Part shown: positions 18,472-26,818 of the stretch, one piece after another | How the letters are laid out: each line of letters begins with the position of its first letter | Position numbering within the stretch: the first letter of the stretch is position 1 | IMG/VR virus record: IMGVR_UViG_3300028800_000087 | Location: 5,828 to 69,827 of that record | Source of the DNA: a virus | Length of the DNA stretch: 64,000 nucleotides | Strand: one strand, 5' to 3' | The notes under the pieces: model-generated | Seen by the model: only the letters and a program-made list of their open reading frames with translations | Database searches by the model: none | Told to the model about the DNA's origin: nothing | Made by a program: the position numbers and the translations under genes

Positions 18472-18998
18472 GGCGCGGGCGTTACCAACCCAGCTTTGAG
18501 TGGGGCGGGGTCTTTGAGGCATGGGCGCGCAACTTCATCCGCCGCAATCATTGGCGCATCCGTTACATCTATGGCGGGGAAGATGACGCCTTGCAGGAGT
18601 GCGCCATCGTTTTCCTGCGGATCAGCCGCAAATATCCGGGGATCATTGAGCCCCGGCATATGATGGCGCTGTTCAAGCTGGCGGTCATCAACGACTTCAA
18701 CACCGCATCGACCAAGGATAGCAAGCAGCGCCCGGTTGCGCTGGTCGATCCTGATTTCCAGGTCCAGCCCAACGATAGCTATTTCCGCGCCGCAATGGCG
18801 TTCCTGTCGGGGGAGGCGCGGACGGCCGTTGATGCCATCATGAGCGCGCCGGCTGAGTTCCTGGACCTGCTGACCGCCGGGGCGTCGATCGCGGATGAGG
18901 CCGGCGCGGCACAGTTTAATGCCCGATGCAAGCGGCTGTTGCGCCTGGACAAGAAGGCGGATATCGCGGCGGAGATCAACGACCTACTAAGCCTTTGA
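18429..18998 (+). CDS. Sigma-factor-like protein (putative)
   Basis: EDDALQECAIVFL...KY...F..AV.N resembles sigma region 2. Confidence 0.5.
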   Translation: MARVQVDPDKIAPVRRGRYQPSFEWGGVFEAWARNFIRRNHWRIRYIYGGEDDALQECAIVFLRISRKYPGIIEPRHMMALFKLAVINDFNTASTKDSKQRPVALVDPDFQVQPNDSYFRAAMAFLSGEARTAVDAIMSAPAEFLDLLTAGASIADEAGAAQFNARCKRLLRLDKKADIAAEINDLLSL

Positions 18999-19093
18999 TT
19001 TCCCTGCTGTAATCTTTTCGCTTGCTTTGCCCAAAAGAAACGCTTATGCGCTTACTTGTTCCCACAACCGGGGCAATAACCAGGAGACCAACC

Positions 19094-19837
19094 ATGACGA
19101 CCAAGGATCAGCTCACAACCTCGACCGCCATCCCGGCGCAGGCAGCGCGCGGCCCGGCACCGGCCAAGAAGAGCGCCGGCAAGGCAGCCAACAGCGACTT
19201 CGGCGCCAAGATGAAGGAGGCCAAGGCCAAGAAGGCAGCCGAGCGCGCAGCGGCGGCATCCAACCCTGCGCCGGCCGATGAGGCGAAACTGCCGCTCGAA
19301 GATGATCAGGCTATCACCGTTTACGACGAGCTGCTGGACCTGACGCGCGGCACCGACCGGGGCTTTGCCAGCCAGTCGATCCGCGAGAACGACAAGGACT
19401 ACCTGCGGCGGATGTTCGGCGTCATCGCCAAGGCGACCATCCCCGAAGGCCAGGATGACCCGTTCGACAGCATGTCGGCGGAGGCGCAGGACTATTACAA
19501 CGCGACCGTCCAGAAGGTGCAGGACGGCGAGGACTGGACCCCGCCCCCAGGCTTTGTCAGCAAGTTTGGCAAGAAGGCGGACAAGCCGGCTGCTGGCGCC
19601 AAGGGCGAGAAAGCGCCCAAGGTTGCCAAGGAAAAGGCGCCACCCAAGGTTCGCGCGCCGGGCGTCTCCGTCGCGGTCCGCACCATGGTCCTGAAGCACC
19701 CATCGTGGACGGTCGATGATCTCAAGGCCGGACTGGTCAAGGCGGGGCATATCGTAAAGGATGCAACGGTCACCACATTGCGGTCCGATGTCAACGCAAC
19801 CCTGGCCGTCATGCGGTCCCTCAAGCTGATCGACTGA
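19094..19837 (+). CDS. Lys/Ala-rich hypothetical protein, possibly DNA-binding
   Basis: AGGAG RBS; strongly biased codons; basic linkers; own terminator. Confidence 0.75.
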   Translation: MTTKDQLTTSTAIPAQAARGPAPAKKSAGKAANSDFGAKMKEAKAKKAAERAAAASNPAPADEAKLPLEDDQAITVYDELLDLTRGTDRGFASQSIRENDKDYLRRMFGVIAKATIPEGQDDPFDSMSAEAQDYYNATVQKVQDGEDWTPPPGFVSKFGKKADKPAAGAKGEKAPKVAKEKAPPKVRAPGVSVAVRTMVLKHPSWTVDDLKAGLVKAGHIVKDATVTTLRSDVNATLAVMRSLKLID

Positions 19838-19863
19838 CCGCCGGCAAAACGAGGCAAGCGTAT

Positions 19864-19897
19864 AAAGGGGCAGGGGATTTCCTGCCCCTTTTATTTT
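19864..19897 (+). terminator. Intrinsic terminator
   Basis: AAAGGGGCAGG-ggattt-CCTGCCCCTTTTATTTT. Confidence 0.85.
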
Positions 19898-19907
19898 GGA
19901 GGTCAAT

Positions 19908-21158
19908 ATGTGCTCAATCTTTGGGGCGTTCAGCCAGGTGCCGATATCTGACTATGAACGCGCCATGCTTGGCCAGATCGCGGAACGCGCCAAGGATCGG
20001 GGACGGGATGGCGGGCGCATGCTCGATTACAAGCTTGCTGGCGGGCGCTTTGCCATCCTTGGCAACTGGCGCGCAACCCCGACAACCGAGCCGCCTGGGG
20101 CGCCCCCACAGCCGTTTGATGGCGTTGTCCACAATGGGGTGATCGCCAATGACAAGGAGCTGGGCAACGCCCCCGGCGCCGTCGATAGCCTGATCCTACC
20201 TAAGGTGCTGGTGCGCGATCAGGGCTTGGTGGCATTTGCCGAGAGCCTGGATCAGATCAAGGGCAGCTATGCCATAGCCGCCATCGGGACCGATACCGTC
20301 TACCTGGCAACGAACTTCAAGCCGATCTATGTATGCCGGATCGGGCAGGTCTTCTATTTTAGCAGCATGGAACGCCATCTGGCCCCATTGCTGGCTGCTT
20401 GGGAGCGGCCGGCGCGGATCAATCCCTACACGGCTGTTGATCTCGCCAGGATGGGGCAGGGCGGCGTTGCGGTCATACCCCGCCAATATGATCACCGGGC
20501 GCTGGTCATCGCCTCTGGCGGGCTGGATAGCACCGTTGCCGCGTGGGCTCTCAAGGCTAAGGGCATGACTGTTGATCTGATCCACTTTACCTATGGCTGC
20601 AACGCCCAGAAACGAGAATTGGATCGGGTGGTCCGCATTGGATGGGCAGGGGAGATGCGCGGGCATATCGTCCCGATCGATTATAGCCGCATGTTGGGTG
20701 CAAGCGGCATCATGCAACCCGGCCAGATCGCCCCAGGCATTGCCGGCGCAGAGTTCGCGCATGAGTGGGTGCCAGCGCGCAACCTGATGATGATCTCGCA
20801 TGCGGTCGCGTTTGCTGAGGCCAATAACTATGGGTTTGTGGCGCTGGGCAACAACCTTGAGGAAGCCGGTGCCTATCCCGACAATGAGGAAGAGTTTACC
20901 AACCTACTGGATCAGGCGCTCGACTATGCGGTTGGGCCGCATCGGCAGGTCAAGCTTCTTGCGCCGGTCGGCAACCTGATGAAGCATGAGATCGTCAAGC
21001 TGGGCTTGCAACTTGGCGTCCCGTTTGAGCATACCTGGTCTTGCTATCGGGACGGGGACGCGCATTGCGGCGAGTGCGGACCGTGCTTCATGCGGCGGGA
21101 GGCGTTTAGGCGCAATGGCGCTGTTGATCCGGTCTTCCCGCCATCACCTGTTTATTAA
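19908..21158 (+). CDS. queC: Gat-QueC: class II glutamine amidotransferase fused to 7-cyano-7-deazaguanine synthase
   Basis: N-terminal M-C nucleophile, RGRDG and VHNGVI; then SGGLDS, VPARN, YPDN and TWSCY...HCGECGPC. Confidence 0.93.
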   Translation: MCSIFGAFSQVPISDYERAMLGQIAERAKDRGRDGGRMLDYKLAGGRFAILGNWRATPTTEPPGAPPQPFDGVVHNGVIANDKELGNAPGAVDSLILPKVLVRDQGLVAFAESLDQIKGSYAIAAIGTDTVYLATNFKPIYVCRIGQVFYFSSMERHLAPLLAAWERPARINPYTAVDLARMGQGGVAVIPRQYDHRALVIASGGLDSTVAAWALKAKGMTVDLIHFTYGCNAQKRELDRVVRIGWAGEMRGHIVPIDYSRMLGASGIMQPGQIAPGIAGAEFAHEWVPARNLMMISHAVAFAEANNYGFVALGNNLEEAGAYPDNEEEFTNLLDQALDYAVGPHRQVKLLAPVGNLMKHEIVKLGLQLGVPFEHTWSCYRDGDAHCGECGPCFMRREAFRRNGAVDPVFPPSPVY

Positions 21159-21170
21159 AAGGAACATAAC

Positions 21171-21749
21171 GTGGCAACAAGAGCCGATGCGCTGGCTGCG
21201 GTCAGGACCATTCTCGAGTATATCGGGGAGGACCCGTATCGCCCCGGCTTGGCGGAGACGCCTGACCGCTATATCCGCGCCTGGGAGGAAGATCATGGCC
21301 GGTTCTATTTCGTCAAGGAAACCGAGCGGCTGGTCAAGCTGTTCCCTGCCGAGCTTGGGGAAAACGGTTGCTATGACCAGATGGTGACGGTCCGCAACAT
21401 TAGCATCACATCGACCTGTGAACACCATCTGGCGCCTTTCTTTGGCCGGGCGCATATCGCCTACCTGCCATCGGCTGCCGGCATTGTCGGGATCAGTAAG
21501 CTTGCCAGGGTCGCAACGCACTTTGCCAGCCGGTTGCAGACCCAGGAGCGGCTGACCGAGAATATTGCGGACTTCCTGGAATTGAAGGTCGCCAATGATG
21601 TTGCGATCATGTTGGAATGCGAACACACCTGCATGATGACGCGCGGGGTTCGGCAACCGGAGGCGGTCACTATCACAACCGGATTGCGCGGCATCTTCCG
21701 CGATGATCCCGGCGCCAAGTCAGAATTCCTGCGGACGATAGGCAAATGA
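21171..21749 (+). CDS. folE: GTP cyclohydrolase I
   Basis: GEDPYRPGLAETPDR, STCEHHLAPFFG, GISKLAR, RLQTQERLT and HTCMMTRG motifs. Confidence 0.96.
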   Translation: MATRADALAAVRTILEYIGEDPYRPGLAETPDRYIRAWEEDHGRFYFVKETERLVKLFPAELGENGCYDQMVTVRNISITSTCEHHLAPFFGRAHIAYLPSAAGIVGISKLARVATHFASRLQTQERLTENIADFLELKVANDVAIMLECEHTCMMTRGVRQPEAVTITTGLRGIFRDDPGAKSEFLRTIGK

Positions 21750-22807
21750 AACTCAACTGCATTGTTGACAGCGGCGCCTACTCCGCGTGGCGATCCGGCA
21801 ACAGCATCGACCTGGACGCATATTGCGACTTCATCAAGGATAACGAGGATTGGATTGGGCACTATGTTGTCCTCGATGAGATCAATCCCCGCGACCCAGA
21901 GGCCGCAGCCTCCGCCAGCTTTGAGAACCTTAAACGCATGCGCAAGCGCGGTCTCAACCCCATGGCAGTTTACCACGCTGCGGAGGGCATCGACTGGCTC
22001 TATAGGACGCTGGACGCGGGATGCGATTACATAGGTCTGGCGGGGCTCTCCCTTGACACCCGCAAGTCAGCAGACGACTGGTACGATCTGGTCTGGCAGC
22101 ACCTTGTAAACGCCAAGGGGGAGCCGGTTGTCAAGGTCCATGCGCTTGGCGAGGGCAGACCTAACCTGCTATGTCGGTTCCCCTGGCAGTCAGCAGATAG
22201 CACCAGCGGCATTTACTCCTCGCAACTGACCGGCAAGCTAGATCTTGGCAATGGGATCAATCTTGGTATGCGAAATGATTTTCAAAGCATGCCAGGAGCG
22301 CGGGAGATCGGCGCGCTATCAGGCCAGGAGCGCGCGGCTGTCAACCAACTGTTGCGGGCCAAAGGCATCGATCCGAAGTTCTTAGACGTGGCGCGCGGCG
22401 TCAAGTCGGAACAGCGCAGCGCGTTGGTTATGCGTACCTATCTTGCTGTTCTCAAGCATTTGGAGATCGAGGACAAAGTCAGAACAGCATGCGTGACGCG
22501 CTTTAGTGCGCAAGGCTTGTTCAAAGCTCCACCGCAGAAGGCGCCTGGGGCAAAGCTATCCGTTTTCGATTTCTATATGGTCGTCATGAGTTATGCAGGT
22601 CTTAACTTTGCCAGCGTCCCCTCCATGGCGCAGCTTGGCGGGCAATCGATCCTAACAAGTTTCTTCTATATGATGTCGCCAACTCCTAAAATACAAAGGG
22701 AGGTAGAGCTTCTGCGCCGTATAGTTCTCGACCCCACCGACGCCCTTAACAATCCCCCTGCCAACTGGTTGGATACGGTAGACATCATAAAGGAACATCG
22801 TCTATGA
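21746..22807 (+). CDS. dpdA: DpdA/TGT-like deazaguanine DNA transglycosylase (putative)
   Basis: VDSGAYSAW, VVLDEI, AVYH, KVHALG and FPWQSADSTS TGT-barrel motifs; coupled to folE. Confidence 0.75.
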   Translation: MKLNCIVDSGAYSAWRSGNSIDLDAYCDFIKDNEDWIGHYVVLDEINPRDPEAAASASFENLKRMRKRGLNPMAVYHAAEGIDWLYRTLDAGCDYIGLAGLSLDTRKSADDWYDLVWQHLVNAKGEPVVKVHALGEGRPNLLCRFPWQSADSTSGIYSSQLTGKLDLGNGINLGMRNDFQSMPGAREIGALSGQERAAVNQLLRAKGIDPKFLDVARGVKSEQRSALVMRTYLAVLKHLEIEDKVRTACVTRFSAQGLFKAPPQKAPGAKLSVFDFYMVVMSYAGLNFASVPSMAQLGGQSILTSFFYMMSPTPKIQREVELLRRIVLDPTDALNNPPANWLDTVDIIKEHRL

Positions 22808-23886
22808 AAGCTGGCCTGATCGCTGAATGCCTGGAACCGTTTACGCTGGTTGCCAGCAAATATGCATTGTCGCCCGAGTTTGGCGTTGTTGAGATCGGCC
22901 CCAAGCTGATCCGCGCATGCGCCCCCTGGGGACTGCTTGAGGCAGATATGGAGATCGGGATCGACGCAACGATCTGGGCCGATATCGCTGTGTTTGTTTC
23001 CGTCATGAAGTCGTTGCCTGATCAGGAGGTCGAGTTCAAAGTCAAGTCGGGCGTCCTGGCTTGGCAATGCGGCTTTTCCGATGGCAAGCTGGCGACGCGG
23101 GAGGAGATCAAGCTGCCGGCGCTGACCAAGCCCAAGGGCCTGACCCTATGGCCGGTCACGCAAAACTTCCTGGATGGCTTGGAGCTGGGCGGTCTTTCTT
23201 GCGGCAACAAGGGCATGCAGTCGGCGGGGCTGTATGGAGTCGCGATCGACAACCGGGACAGCCTGACGGTCTGTTCAAGCGATAGCGCGACAGTCAGCGC
23301 CTACATGGTCGATGCGGACGGGATCGCGGCGTTCCCCAAGATGACCGTTGTCGATCCCGAAGTGATCCGGTTGCTGGTCGCAATCGTTGATGGCAACGTG
23401 CATAAGGAAAAGAGCAAGCCGGAGGAAGCGGCGCAGCTTGCCATAACCCCCGATGCGATCTACTGCGAGAACAAACCGTTCCGTATGCTATGCCGGCCTC
23501 GCGCTGCGCTCAAATGGGACCTGCGCGAGATCATCAACAAGTATAGCGCGGCGGAGACCTGCGCTGAAATCCCGCAACAGGCCATCGCCGCGTTCGTCAA
23601 GCGCGCAACCGCGATGGCGGACAGCAAGACCAAGACAACGGTTGACCTGTCAGCGGCAGAGGGCGCGCTGTCCCTGGCATTCGAAGAAGGCGTTTCATCC
23701 AGCGTTGAGTATTATATCGCGCAAGGGCTGGACATCCCGGAGACGCCGCCCATTCCACTTGATGCGGCGCGGCTGGCGCGGGCCTTGTCGCATGTCACCG
23801 AGGTCGTGTTGGATCACATCGGCGATGGCGCGATCGTCCTGCGATCCGACAAGTTCACTTACATCATCAGCAGGCGGGAGAAGTAG
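22804..23886 (+). CDS. Sliding clamp, DNA polymerase III beta-like (putative)
   Basis: 360 aa; VMKSLPDQEVEF, LYGV, SSDS and C-terminal YII segments parallel DnaN; lies next to polymerase and clamp loader. Confidence 0.65.
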   Translation: MKAGLIAECLEPFTLVASKYALSPEFGVVEIGPKLIRACAPWGLLEADMEIGIDATIWADIAVFVSVMKSLPDQEVEFKVKSGVLAWQCGFSDGKLATREEIKLPALTKPKGLTLWPVTQNFLDGLELGGLSCGNKGMQSAGLYGVAIDNRDSLTVCSSDSATVSAYMVDADGIAAFPKMTVVDPEVIRLLVAIVDGNVHKEKSKPEEAAQLAITPDAIYCENKPFRMLCRPRAALKWDLREIINKYSAAETCAEIPQQAIAAFVKRATAMADSKTKTTVDLSAAEGALSLAFEEGVSSSVEYYIAQGLDIPETPPIPLDAARLARALSHVTEVVLDHIGDGAIVLRSDKFTYIISRREK

Positions 23887-23892
23887 GATCAG

Positions 23893-26454
23893 ATGGGCTT
23901 CTTCGTCCCTGATGAAGACCTGGATCGGCTTACCAAGCGCAAACCCATAACACCCAAGCCGGCCAAGGAACGCCGGCAACTGGACCCAGCATTGCGAGGC
24001 TGCAATCATTGCAGCCTTCGCCATGAATGGCGTTTCATCAACAGTCCAGAGATGCGGATCAGCGGCAATGTCCGCGATCCCGATATCCTGGTGCTGGGGG
24101 AGGCGCCGGGGGAGGAGGAGGACTATGCCGACAAGGCATTTGTAGGCCAGTCTGGCAAGCTGATCCGCCGCGTTATCCCAGGCCGGGAGCTTAGCCGCTG
24201 CGCCTTCCAGAACGTTGTAAGGTGCCGTCCCCAGGACAATCAGACCCCATCGCCTGCCGATGCCCATGCGTGTAGCATCCACCTTGAGGATGATGTCGCG
24301 GACTTTGACTTTCGCGCCATCCTTGGCGTTGGATCGGTCCCGCTGGCGCGCTATCTGCCAGGGCAGGCGATCACCCGCGTTCATGGTTGCCATTTCCCGG
24401 TGCAGATCGGGGACCGCGTTATGTGGTATATGCCGGTCCTGCATCCCAGCTTTGTCCTGCGATCCGGTGGCGATGGTGGACCGCATTTCCCGCACCTGAT
24501 GGCGGATACCAAGCGGCTGTTTGAGGGCCTGGACAGTTGGGGCAAGCCGCAGATCATCCGCCCCAATCCCGACGATGTCCTATATCCCAGGTCTTACAAC
24601 GATGTCCTGGCCATCCTGGCGGCTATGGACCTATCAGCGCCCCTTGGCCTGGATATCGAGACCACCGGCCTTTACTTTGCCCATAGGCAAGCGGAAATAC
24701 TGACAGCAGCGGTCAGCGATGGCACAATCAACATGGCATGGCCCATCATGCACCCAGAGGGCCGCACCGATTGGGGCCTGCGCGCGCTGTTGCATATAGC
24801 CGAGGGCAACGGGTGGGTCGCGCATAACGCGGCATTTGAACTTATCTGGATGATCGACCAAGCCGCGCGCGCCGGCATCCCATTTAAGCCGGCGCCCTTC
24901 CACGACAGCATGGCATGCGGTCGCATCTACTATCAGCGCGCGACCATCCTCAATCTTGAAGTGATGTCGCATCTGGCCCTTGGCCACAGCTTCAAGGAAG
25001 AAGGCGCCAACCTCAACAAGAACCGCATGGCGGAAGAACCGCTGGATCGGGTCTTGACTTACAACGGGATCGACGCACAAGCGCCCAACCTGATATGGCG
25101 CAAGCTGCGCCCGCTGGTCGATGATCGGCACTATGAACGTATCATCGAGACAATCGAGAGCTGCGTGGGTATGCAGCTCCTCGGCCTACCAATCGACCGT
25201 GATCTGAACGATGAGTTGGCGGATCATTGGCAAGCCAAGATCGATGCAGCGGTCAAGACCAGTCAAACAATCTACGAGGTCAAACAGTTCCAACGCGATC
25301 GGCAAGCAGAGTTCAACATCGGCAGCAATAAGGATGTGGGCATTGCGCTATCCGAGTATGGCCGCGTCCGCCTCGAAAAGATGGCCAGCGGTCAGCTCAA
25401 GACTGATGACCAGGAACTAAGGCTCAAGGCGCCGGATCATCCCTTGGTCCCGATCATCGTTGACTATCGCGAGGCCACCAAGGCCAAGTCCACCTACATC
25501 GACAGTCCGCGCAAGCTGGCTGACCTTGCGATCGATGGCAACATTCATCCAATCTACAACGCAATGAAGGTGGAGACCTGCCGGCTATCAAGCGAGATGC
25601 CCAATCAACAGAACTGGCCCAAGCGCAACGCGGAACAGGCGCCGATGCGGGCGCAGGTGATCCCGCCCAAGGGCATGATCTTCCTTTCGTTCGATTATGG
25701 CCAGATCGAGGCGCGCGGCATTGCTATGGCCAGCAAGGACCGCGCATTGTGCGAGTCAATAATTGATGGCGGGGATATTCATTCCAAATGGCTTAAACGC
25801 GCATTGGAAATATATCCGCCCTATTGGGACAACATGATCAAGCGTACCAATGAGACCAAGGATGATAAGATATTCAAAGGCGCACGTGACATCATAAAGA
25901 CTGACTTTGTATTTGCATCGTTCTTTGGATCAACGGCAGAGGCTTGCGCGGACCGATCCGGCCTTCCTTTGCATATTGCTCGTGACCTGCTGGCAGAGTT
26001 CTGGCGCGAGTATCCCGATGTCCTAAAGTATGTAAAATCCAAACAAGCCGAGTATGAGAAGACCGGCTCGGTGTCGCTGCTGACTGGCTTTATCCGGCGC
26101 GGGATCATGGAAGGCAACGAGTATATCAACACGCCAATCCAGGGTTCAACCACCGGCCATCTGGTGGTTGAGGCGCAGAACGATTGCGCCAAGCTGTCGC
26201 GGGAAACCGGCGACATCTGCCTGCATCCGCGCATGAATATCCATGATGATCTGACCTTCATAGTGCCGGACAATGAAGATGCGATCATGGGGTATATAGA
26301 CCAACTGGCGCCGATACTCCTCAAGGTCCGCTATAACTGGCAGATTGTCCCGCTGATGATTGAGGCGCGCATTGGCAAGAACTTCCGGGACTACGAAGAG
26401 ATTACCAAGATAACAGGAGACTACATCGATGCCGGATTTGGACAACGACGATAA
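23893..26454 (+). CDS. Family A DNA polymerase with N-terminal uracil-DNA-glycosylase domain and 3'-5' exonuclease
   Basis: CNHC, GEAPGEEED, FVGQSG, VRCRP and HPSF (family 4 UDG); LDIETTG, AHNAAFE and YNGID (exonuclease); DYGQIEAR, R...K..F and NIHDDL (Pol A motifs A/B/C). Confidence 0.95.
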   Translation: MGFFVPDEDLDRLTKRKPITPKPAKERRQLDPALRGCNHCSLRHEWRFINSPEMRISGNVRDPDILVLGEAPGEEEDYADKAFVGQSGKLIRRVIPGRELSRCAFQNVVRCRPQDNQTPSPADAHACSIHLEDDVADFDFRAILGVGSVPLARYLPGQAITRVHGCHFPVQIGDRVMWYMPVLHPSFVLRSGGDGGPHFPHLMADTKRLFEGLDSWGKPQIIRPNPDDVLYPRSYNDVLAILAAMDLSAPLGLDIETTGLYFAHRQAEILTAAVSDGTINMAWPIMHPEGRTDWGLRALLHIAEGNGWVAHNAAFELIWMIDQAARAGIPFKPAPFHDSMACGRIYYQRATILNLEVMSHLALGHSFKEEGANLNKNRMAEEPLDRVLTYNGIDAQAPNLIWRKLRPLVDDRHYERIIETIESCVGMQLLGLPIDRDLNDELADHWQAKIDAAVKTSQTIYEVKQFQRDRQAEFNIGSNKDVGIALSEYGRVRLEKMASGQLKTDDQELRLKAPDHPLVPIIVDYREATKAKSTYIDSPRKLADLAIDGNIHPIYNAMKVETCRLSSEMPNQQNWPKRNAEQAPMRAQVIPPKGMIFLSFDYGQIEARGIAMASKDRALCESIIDGGDIHSKWLKRALEIYPPYWDNMIKRTNETKDDKIFKGARDIIKTDFVFASFFGSTAEACADRSGLPLHIARDLLAEFWREYPDVLKYVKSKQAEYEKTGSVSLLTGFIRRGIMEGNEYINTPIQGSTTGHLVVEAQNDCAKLSRETGDICLHPRMNIHDDLTFIVPDNEDAIMGYIDQLAPILLKVRYNWQIVPLMIEARIGKNFRDYEEITKITGDYIDAGFGQRR

Positions 26455-26818
26455 GAAGCGCGACGATGGTTACCCCTGGGGCCATATCAGCTCGGAAGGC
26501 GACTGGGTTGCGCTACCCAAAGGCCCAATGCTGAAGGCCGGGTATGGACCGCCGCCGTTCGATCTGATCATGCCAGATGGGTCAACCCGGCATGTTGTCC
26601 ACCAGCCCGGTCATGGTCCCGGCGAGAAGCCGGCATGGGCCGCGCATATGGCAGCGCCCATGCCCAGCGCGGAAGTCAAGGATGGCAAGCTTTACAAGCT
26701 GACCGCGCGCTTGCGCTGGACTACCTATGCCTCCGGTCCATCGACCTTGGAACAAGCCTGGATCGCTGACGATGGCTCCATTGATTGGCGCGAAATCCCA
26801 GTTGAGCGCCAGCCATGA
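26429..26818 (+). CDS. Hypothetical protein
   Basis: 129 aa; AGGAG RBS; LEQAW...DG..WREIP. Confidence 0.65.
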   Translation: MPDLDNDDKKRDDGYPWGHISSEGDWVALPKGPMLKAGYGPPPFDLIMPDGSTRHVVHQPGHGPGEKPAWAAHMAAPMPSAEVKDGKLYKLTARLRWTTYASGPSTLEQAWIADDGSIDWREIPVERQP

